This document shows, piece after piece, positions 31,885-38,058 of a DNA stretch of 38,058 bases. The position numbers and the translations under genes are program-made. Source of the stretch: a virus; IMG/VR virus record IMGVR_UViG_3300014202_000313, positions 1 through 38,058 of that record. One strand, written 5' to 3'. Numbering within the stretch: position 1 is the first letter of the stretch; the number at the start of each line of letters is the position of its first letter. The notes under the pieces are model-generated. The model was not told where the DNA came from. It was given only the letters and a program-made list of their open reading frames with translations, and did no database searches.

Positions 31885-34063
31885 TGACACAGCATCCAAT
31901 GACACAGAAACATTGGCTCGCTTAAAAGAAAATGTAGCAACTTCTTATTTATATTTCCAAGATAACTATGAAAGATTCCGAAACTTTAGGACTTATGTAT
32001 TCAAAGAATCAGTTAATGATCAACAGCGCGCCTTTCTGCGAAAACTTGTTCGACCCATCGTGGAGTTTAACATCCTGGAGGCGCCAATTTCTTCATTAAT
32101 GGGAGAATTTGCCGCACATGAGCCGAGCATATCCGTAACTCCTAGCGACGGCATACCTGTGAACCAGCAAGTTATTGATGCTGTTGAAGGAAGCTTTCGC
32201 CAAGGGTTATATGAAGCGAATAAGAACTCCTTTAGTTATGAAGTATATCGAGATTTGCTCTCAGGTGGATTCTCAGTAGGAAAAGTAAGAACCGGCTATA
32301 CAAACCCAATGAGCTTTAAGCAAAATATATATATCGAGAAAGCATTTGATTCCACGTTGTGTGGGTTTGATCCAATTGCAAGAGCATCTCATAAAGGCGA
32401 TGGTCAATATTGTTTTGAAATATATCCCATGACAGATAAAGATTTCGAAAGAACTTTTGTCGGCAAGAGCATCGAGAATATTAAGTACAATACTGTTAAG
32501 AACAATAAAGACATCGAAGGCTTCAGTTGGTCATATAAAGACATCAAAGACAATAAGATTGTATTGGTAGCCGAGTATTGGGAAAAGAAGAAACAACGCA
32601 CCAGGATTGTTGAGCTTGCTGATGGCACTGTCATGACGCAGGCGAAATATAAGAAGATGCAGAAGCTTTGGGTGGAAGAGAATATCGTTGAGCAGATTCC
32701 TATTATTAAAGGCAAGCCTCGATGGACTATCTTAGAGACGATTTGTCGCTATGTATTCTGTGATAATCAGATTCTGGAATATGAAGAGACCGATTATAGT
32801 TATTTGCCATTGGTGTTCATTGATGGTAATTCAATTGTATTGACGAGTGGCAAAGTTAATTCTACTTATCAAATGACGCGTCCCATGATTTATCATGCAA
32901 AAGGCACGCAGGATTTGAAGAACTTTGCTGGACAAGCATTGGCCAACTATCTTCAGAATATGGTTCAACATAAGTTCATTATTAAGAAAGAGGCTATTGT
33001 TCAAGACCAGGATTCGCTAGAAGCAATTAAGAATATTCAGCGCATGAATAATATTGTTATCAATGCATATAGCGAAAATAATCCTGATAAGCCTATTCCA
33101 GAACCTATTCGTGAAGTTGTTCCTGTTCCAGCTCCAGCTGAGATTATGGGAGCCTTCCAGGTTAGCGACCCTACTACTCAAACTATACTAGCTGGGTTCG
33201 CTTCCAACCTGGCGAAGAATGATAATGATTTGTCTGGAAAGGCTGTTGTCGAAACATTGAGTGCGGGCCAAACTGCTGCGATGCCTTATGTGGTTGGATA
33301 TTTGAATGGATTGACTCAGATAGCTAACATTTGGGTTGATTTAATGCCTAAGTATTTGCTTGGCAAACGTACTATTCCTGTTAGAGACAAAGCTGGTCAG
33401 CATAATTACGTTGCGATTAATGATGATAAAGGTCTAAAGTTGGATTATGAAGAGCGCGCTCTTAAGGTCAATATTGAGCCTGGTGTTAACTTCAGGATAC
33501 AGAAGAATCGTGCAGTAGAGCAGATTATTGCTTTGATGAATGCGAGTGAAGAATTGAGTGCATTCTTTAATTCTCCGGGCGGCATGAAGATATTGGCGAA
33601 GAATCTTGAGATACATGGAGCCGATAATCTGGAAGAAGCGATTGACGAATTCATGCAGCATCAGCAAGAACAACAGCAACAGCAAATGCAGATGCAACAG
33701 CAAATGCAACAGAGCGATCCTGCATTTATTCGTGCACAGGCTGAATTGCAAAAAGTTGCGCTTGAGAAAGACAAAATGGCCTTGCAGGCTCAATTGGATA
33801 TTGCCAAACAAGCAACAGAAGATAAGATCGCAGATAGCAAAATACTAGAGGCAGAAGCTAAGATATCTCAGGCTCAAGTGGATAGTGCAGTGCGCCTTGA
33901 GGAGTCAAATATGTCTATTGAAAGACATGCTCTGGATGCTGCAGCTAAGATTGCGGAAGTTAAGGGTCGTGAGCACGATCAAATGCTGAAGACGCATGAA
34001 GCCATGTTAAAAGAGACGCATATGCATCATGAGATGAAGAAAGGAGATAAAGAAGATGAGTAG
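31868..34063 (+). CDS. Portal protein (P22-like size, with a Gln-rich C-terminal helical extension)
   Basis: The gene follows terL. About 730 aa from the ATG at 31868 (AAGGGA RBS; the track start at 31829 is an extension). The C-terminus contains HQQEQQQQQMQMQQQMQQ and a long coiled coil. Confidence 0.8.
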   Translation: MAMVFDDTASNDTETLARLKENVATSYLYFQDNYERFRNFRTYVFKESVNDQQRAFLRKLVRPIVEFNILEAPISSLMGEFAAHEPSISVTPSDGIPVNQQVIDAVEGSFRQGLYEANKNSFSYEVYRDLLSGGFSVGKVRTGYTNPMSFKQNIYIEKAFDSTLCGFDPIARASHKGDGQYCFEIYPMTDKDFERTFVGKSIENIKYNTVKNNKDIEGFSWSYKDIKDNKIVLVAEYWEKKKQRTRIVELADGTVMTQAKYKKMQKLWVEENIVEQIPIIKGKPRWTILETICRYVFCDNQILEYEETDYSYLPLVFIDGNSIVLTSGKVNSTYQMTRPMIYHAKGTQDLKNFAGQALANYLQNMVQHKFIIKKEAIVQDQDSLEAIKNIQRMNNIVINAYSENNPDKPIPEPIREVVPVPAPAEIMGAFQVSDPTTQTILAGFASNLAKNDNDLSGKAVVETLSAGQTAAMPYVVGYLNGLTQIANIWVDLMPKYLLGKRTIPVRDKAGQHNYVAINDDKGLKLDYEERALKVNIEPGVNFRIQKNRAVEQIIALMNASEELSAFFNSPGGMKILAKNLEIHGADNLEEAIDEFMQHQQEQQQQQMQMQQQMQQSDPAFIRAQAELQKVALEKDKMALQAQLDIAKQATEDKIADSKILEAEAKISQAQVDSAVRLEESNMSIERHALDAAAKIAEVKGREHDQMLKTHEAMLKETHMHHEMKKGDKEDE

Positions 34064-34244
34064 TCCAAAATACAAAATAACTGAACAACACTTAGACACA
34101 AAGGCTGGCATTGCTCGTCTTGAGCGTGATGGATTCAAGCGTGAGCAGATATCGAAAGCGATGTATTCTCATGCCGGAAAGATGAGTGCAGCGGAAGCTC
34201 GCAATCTTACAAAGAAGCTTTATGACAGAAGCGGGGAGTGCTAG
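34056..34244 (+). CDS. Hypothetical head-module protein (62 aa)
   Basis: Overlaps the portal stop; basic and helical. Confidence 0.55.
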   Translation: MSSPKYKITEQHLDTKAGIARLERDGFKREQISKAMYSHAGKMSAAEARNLTKKLYDRSGEC

Positions 34245-34246
34245 TC

Positions 34247-34429
34247 ATGAGCAAAGAGAAATGGATCCAAAAAATGCATATGAAAAAAGGCGCCCTGCAT
34301 GAAAAACTTCATGTGCCTGAAGGAAAGAAAATTCCTGAAAAGAAATTAGATAAGGCAGCTAAATCTTCCAATCCAACTACGCGAAAACAAGTGGCGTTGG
34401 CCAGAACTCTTTCGAAACTTAAAAAATAG
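34247..34429 (+). CDS. Hypothetical small basic protein (60 aa)
   Basis: GGGGAG lies 7 nt before the ATG at 34247. The protein contains KKGALHEKLHVPEGKKIPEKKL. Confidence 0.55.
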   Translation: MSKEKWIQKMHMKKGALHEKLHVPEGKKIPEKKLDKAAKSSNPTTRKQVALARTLSKLKK

Positions 34430-34437
34430 GAGATGTC

Positions 34438-34551
34438 ATGAAAGACATGAAAAAGAAAGAAGTCAAGAAAGAAAAGAAAATGGTTCATAAAGATGCTAAA
34501 CAAGATATGGCTATGATAAAGTCGAAGGTAAAGGGTAAATGCTTGAAATAA
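34438..34551 (+). CDS. Lys-rich microprotein (37 aa); not in the ORF track
   Basis: AGGAG RBS. The protein begins MKDMKKKEVKKEKKMVHKDAKQDMAMIKSKVKGKCLK. Confidence 0.4.
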   Translation: MKDMKKKEVKKEKKMVHKDAKQDMAMIKSKVKGKCLK

Positions 34552-34563
34552 AGGGACGAGACT

Positions 34564-34707
34564 ATGCCATTGAAACCTGGAAAGAAAAATATCGGCACTA
34601 ATATTAAGGAACTTGAGTCCACTGGACGAAAACCTAAACAGGCGATAGCTATTGCGTTAGATGTTACGCGAAAATCTGGCGTTAAGATTCCCAAAAAGAA
34701 GAAATAA
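34564..34707 (+). CDS. Small basic protein (47 aa); not in the ORF track
   Basis: The protein is MPLKPGKKNIGTNIKELESTGRKPKQAIAIALDVTRKSGVKIPKKKK. The KQAIAIAL..ARKSG pattern recurs in small phage head-module proteins. Confidence 0.5.
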   Translation: MPLKPGKKNIGTNIKELESTGRKPKQAIAIALDVTRKSGVKIPKKKK

Positions 34708-34712
34708 GTTAT

Positions 34713-34788
34713 TCCCGGTTAGCTCAGTTGGTAGATTAGCGTGCGACTGTTAATCGCAAGGTCGGAGGTTCGAGCCCTTCACCGGGAG
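34713..34788 (+). tRNA. tRNA-Asn: tRNA-Asn (anticodon GTT)
   Basis: The acceptor tcccggt/accggga is perfect. The anticodon arm is tgcga-ctGTTaa-tcgca and the T arm is ggagg-ttcgagc-ccttc. The D region is 3 nt longer than minimal (gctcagttggtagattagc). No encoded CCA. Confidence 0.85.
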
Positions 34789-34804
34789 CACCCAAAGGAT
34801 TAAA

Positions 34805-35026
34805 ATGATCATTCAATTAAATCCTCCTATTCCGCTGAACACACCCAAAGGTTCTGCTCAAGCGATGTTCTTAATCGATTATTCACCAGAACATAATCTA
34901 ATATGGGTATGTTTCTTGGATAGCAACGGGGAATGCTGGAGCTTTGAAAACCCTGAAATAAGGGCGTGCAAAAATATAACTTTGGGTAGAACACTTGACA
35001 CGGTTGTTACAAAGTCTAATAATTAG
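34805..35026 (+). CDS. Hypothetical protein (73 aa)
   Basis: AAAGGA RBS. It lies between the tRNA and the scaffold gene. Confidence 0.55.
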   Translation: MIIQLNPPIPLNTPKGSAQAMFLIDYSPEHNLIWVCFLDSNGECWSFENPEIRACKNITLGRTLDTVVTKSNN

Positions 35027-35120
35027 TTTAATTACGTTGCCACACGATAAAATGGCCGAATCTTTGCGCGACATGCATTGTTATTAACGGTGACACCGAG
35101 AAAAGTCGAGAAGGTGATAG

Positions 35121-35879
35121 ATGACTGAAGAATTAGAGATTGTTGAGCAGGCAAGTAATCCTGAGCAAATAACTAAAGGTGAACCCGATAATGACATGTT
35201 GTCAAAAGCAACCGTGTCAAAGATTATTGAAAGGGAGCGCCAAAAGGCGTTTGAAAAAGGAAAACAAGAGGCTCTCATGGAACAACAGCAAAATCAGCAA
35301 CCAATGCAGCCAGAGGCTGCTGCTTCCGAACAACCACCAATTGCTCAGCCGATACAAAGGCAGAATCAAGGATTGGGAGGAATGGCTCCGCAGATGAGTC
35401 AAGAGCAAATTGAACAGTTGATTATGCAGAAAGCTCCAGAGGCTTTGATGCATCAAGTGAATGAACTGAAACAAAAAAGTATGGTAGAAAGCTTCGTTCA
35501 GAAAATGCAGACAGCTGAGCAACAATATCCTGGGTTAGAAGAGAAACTTAATAAGTTAAATTTTCAAGATCCTGCAATGCATTCGTTAATCGAGATGACC
35601 AATAATCTTGAGAATACGGGTGACGTAATGAATGAATTGATTAGCAATCCGCAAAAGATGATTCAAGTCTTATCCGGAATACGCGACCAACCATTTCTGG
35701 GTCAAGAAACATTGCGCTCATTGAGTAACTCAATAAAACAGAATCAACAGGCTGCGGCAGAAAACGCGCAGGCTCGAGAACCTTCAGAACAACTTAAACC
35801 TTCTGTAAGTGCAGGAATGGCGGATAGAGATGCCTTGTCTGTACGTGACTTGCAGAAGATGTTAAGCAAACGCAGATAA
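35121..35879 (+). CDS. Scaffolding protein
   Basis: It sits immediately upstream of the capsid gene. The protein is helical and Gln/Glu-rich (MEQQQNQQPMQPE...). Confidence 0.7.
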   Translation: MTEELEIVEQASNPEQITKGEPDNDMLSKATVSKIIERERQKAFEKGKQEALMEQQQNQQPMQPEAAASEQPPIAQPIQRQNQGLGGMAPQMSQEQIEQLIMQKAPEALMHQVNELKQKSMVESFVQKMQTAEQQYPGLEEKLNKLNFQDPAMHSLIEMTNNLENTGDVMNELISNPQKMIQVLSGIRDQPFLGQETLRSLSNSIKQNQQAAAENAQAREPSEQLKPSVSAGMADRDALSVRDLQKMLSKRR

Positions 35880-35934
35880 CGTACTAGTCATTGCATAGCT
35901 ATCTCGATTTATACTACTCTCGAGGATTAATGCA

Positions 35935-37263
35935 ATGGCAACTCCAAATAATACCCTACAAACCGTACAACTATACATCAAAACTGAAATAGCATATTTG
36001 TACAACGAGTTTTGGGGAATCGCAAATGCTAATAAATCATTAGAAGAATTCAACGACCGTCCAGGAAACTTAGGTGACAGTATCACATTTGATACATCAC
36101 CACGATTCAAAAGCTTCGCTGGTCTTGTTATTACTCAACAACCTTCTGTTCAGCGCGTACAAACATTGATTTGCTCGCAAGCAACCAACGTATCCATGGG
36201 TTACACAGATGAGCAATATATATTTAACGTTCGCGATTATATGCGTGAATTTGGTAATTCAGCTGCGGCTCAGTTAGGCTCTACTACTGAATCAGACATT
36301 CTGTTAAACATTGTATCTGGCGTTGTTGGTAACAATCCTAATAGCACTCAATTCGGATTGCCTCAAGTTAACTCTGGCCCTTATCGCTTCTATGGAGATG
36401 GCGTTACGCCAATTAACTCTTACGGACAATTGGCACAAGGATGGGCAAACTTTGTCGCTTACGGTGCCGCTAAACATAAGCGTCGTGCGGTTGTTCCAAC
36501 TAACCTGGTGCCACCAATTATCAATAGCGGTTTAAACCAATTCTCTCCTGCACGAAACGATGAAATTGCCGTTTCTTGGGAATTAGGACGTTTCGCTGGT
36601 ATGGATGTTGATTGGTCTGTTTCTAACTTATTACCTGTTCATGTGTCTGGAACAATTGGTGATACAGCCGCTCCGAACAATGTGATGACTGTTGTTTCTA
36701 CGAACGATCCAACAGGCAATAACGTTACTCAAATCACTTTCACTGAGCCAACAGGTGGTACTGATGCGAATGCGATTAAAGCTGGTGACTTATTCCAGTT
36801 TAATGATGGCGTAAGTGGCAAGCCTAATATGCGCTTCCTGACTTTCATTGGACAGCACGTTACAAGCCTTCCTGTTCAGTTCAGAGCAATCGCCGATGCT
36901 GCAACTGTAGCTGGCACAGTGACTGTTAGTATTCAAACGATTAACAGCGTGGGCCTTGTATCTGCTGCAAATCAAAATCAAAATATTAACCATGCTATTC
37001 AAGCTGGGATGCAAGTTACTCCACTACCTTCTCACCAAGCAGGTTGGATGGATGCGGGTGATGCGTTCTATCTTGCTATGCCAAAACTGCCAAACCAATC
37101 TCCATTCGAAACTGTTTACTACCGTGATGCAGAGTCAGGTGCTGGTATTAGACATTATTGGGGAACTCAATTCGGGCAGGATAATCGCGCGTACGTCCGT
37201 GATATTGTGTGGGGAAGCACATTAGTTGCAGAAGACAGTATGCGACTAATTTTCCCATTGTAA
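35935..37263 (+). CDS. Major capsid protein
   Basis: 442 aa, following the scaffold gene as in the P22 order (P22 gp5 is of similar size). A strong hairpin lies downstream. Confidence 0.8.
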   Translation: MATPNNTLQTVQLYIKTEIAYLYNEFWGIANANKSLEEFNDRPGNLGDSITFDTSPRFKSFAGLVITQQPSVQRVQTLICSQATNVSMGYTDEQYIFNVRDYMREFGNSAAAQLGSTTESDILLNIVSGVVGNNPNSTQFGLPQVNSGPYRFYGDGVTPINSYGQLAQGWANFVAYGAAKHKRRAVVPTNLVPPIINSGLNQFSPARNDEIAVSWELGRFAGMDVDWSVSNLLPVHVSGTIGDTAAPNNVMTVVSTNDPTGNNVTQITFTEPTGGTDANAIKAGDLFQFNDGVSGKPNMRFLTFIGQHVTSLPVQFRAIADAATVAGTVTVSIQTINSVGLVSAANQNQNINHAIQAGMQVTPLPSHQAGWMDAGDAFYLAMPKLPNQSPFETVYYRDAESGAGIRHYWGTQFGQDNRAYVRDIVWGSTLVAEDSMRLIFPL

Positions 37264-37279
37264 GGTACAAAATTAGATG

Positions 37280-37317
37280 ATATAACCTTCTTGGTTTTAT
37301 TAACAAGGGGGTTATAT
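37280..37317 (+). promoter_or_regulatory. 14-bp hairpin (atataaccttcttg / caagggggttatat) whose 5' arm contains TATAAC and whose 3' arm contains the SD and the first 2 nt of the HNH start codon
   Basis: Read directly: 37280-37293 pairs with 37304-37317 (two G-U pairs), with a 10-nt loop. The ATG is at 37316. Confidence 0.55.
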
Positions 37318-38008
37318 GTCGAGTTTGATTTGTGGTTGCGGTAAAGAAAAAATTTCTACTCAGAAAAAGATTTGTGAGGATTGTCGGAAAGAAAAGAAGA
37401 AAGAAAAAAGCCGACTTGATCAACAAAAATTTAGAGAGAAGCATGGATCTAAAGTCAAAAGAGGGATTTATTGTAGTCGTTGTAAAGGCATAAAAGAACA
37501 TCAGGAAAGAGGTTATTGCTTGGCTTGTGAACGAGAAAGGTATCTGGAAAAGTCAAAACCAGATTGCGCTACTTGTGGCAAACCTAAAGAAAATGTCCGA
37601 GATGCTTATTGTCACAACTGCAAGAATGAACGAAATAGACTGAAGAGCATTGCCGAAGGGAGAAGATACAAAAACCCTGATGGAAGGAAAAAGACTTGCT
37701 CTAACTGTGGAAGGCAAAAGGAGGAGGCTTTTATAAATGAAAGCTACTGCGCTGGATGTAAATATCTTAAAAGGAAAGTGCATAGACCTCTAAAAAATGA
37801 TGAACAGAAATTTAAAGAAGCCGTACGCAAATTAACTTGGAAAAAAATTAATGAAGGTGTTTTAGTAAGGTTGCCTTGTGAGGTGTGCAAGACGACAGAA
37901 AATGTAGAAGCTCACCATGATGACTATTACCAGCCATTGGAAGTAAGATGGTTATGTCGTAAGCATCACCAAGAGCATCACAAAAACAACGCTAACTTAG
38001 AGGACTAA
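37316..38008 (+). CDS. HNH endonuclease with four N-terminal CxxC...CxxC zinc ribbons
   Basis: The C-terminus CEVCKTTENVEAHHDDYYQPLEVRWLCRKHHQEHH is an HNH motif. There are four repeats of the C-x2-C-x(10-13)-C-x2-C type. Confidence 0.85.
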   Translation: MSSLICGCGKEKISTQKKICEDCRKEKKKEKSRLDQQKFREKHGSKVKRGIYCSRCKGIKEHQERGYCLACERERYLEKSKPDCATCGKPKENVRDAYCHNCKNERNRLKSIAEGRRYKNPDGRKKTCSNCGRQKEEAFINESYCAGCKYLKRKVHRPLKNDEQKFKEAVRKLTWKKINEGVLVRLPCEVCKTTENVEAHHDDYYQPLEVRWLCRKHHQEHHKNNANLED

Positions 38009-38058
38009 AAACATGGCAACATACAGAAAATTCCCATACGGTAGTTTCCTTCCTTACT
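37968..38058. repeat. Second copy of the 91-bp terminal repeat (identical to 1-91)
   Basis: Identical sequence, read directly. Confidence 0.95.

Noticed and set aside
33655-33715. The poly-Gln run in the portal (QQEQQQQQMQMQQQMQQ) as a hypervariable repeat
   Set aside because: It lies in the long C-terminal coiled segment expected for P22-type portal barrels. The codons are mixed CAA/CAG/ATG and do not form a clean DNA tandem repeat.

Overview
This window appears to be a complete, AT-rich dsDNA tailed-phage genome. Bases 1-91 are identical to 37968-38058, so the contig closes on itself and the unique unit is 37,967 bp.

Layout:
- The + strand late block (29.5 kb through the junction to 18.3 kb) follows a P22-like order: small and large terminase, a 730-aa portal with a Gln-rich C-terminal helix, tRNA-Asn, scaffold, major capsid, adaptor, a gp10-like tail hub, three Gly/Gln-rich ejection-type proteins, about 7.4 kb of tail-fiber paralogs, a GH108 endolysin and a VRR-NUC nuclease.
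- The - strand block 24.7 to 18.3 kb is a replication/recombination operon: an AAA_24 Sak4-like ATPase, an SSB-like protein ending in DIPF, an SF2 helicase and two homing-endonuclease-type genes.
- The + strand block 24.7 to 28.0 kb is an early-right operon: a Cro-like HTH, an HTH_36 initiator with intragenic iterons and a cold-shock protein.
- The - strand block 29.46 to 28.2 kb is an early-left operon of small acidic proteins.
- I could not recognise an integrase, CI repressor, DNA polymerase or primase.

Most unusual features:
1. A four-gene cassette whose second gene encodes an 82-aa, near-perfect (Gly-X)37 polymer with X limited to Ser/Tyr/Cys/Asp, written in a GC-rich tandem-repeat island.
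2. Two paralogous initiator genes that each carry ACCC(C)AAAATGGG iterons. In one gene the same 19-nt iteron is read in two different reading frames.
3. Three zinc-ribbon EndoVII/HNH genes inserted in the virion operon, each behind a TATAAT-in-hairpin element that sequesters its Shine-Dalgarno sequence.
4. A lipobox-bearing GH108 endolysin with an EF-hand-like insertion.
5. A degenerate tRNA-Asn-like cloverleaf in a structured 258-bp convergent spacer.
6. Divergent early promoters that share a 12-bp palindromic -35 element.

All functional calls rest on motif recognition by eye and on synteny. No database search was run.
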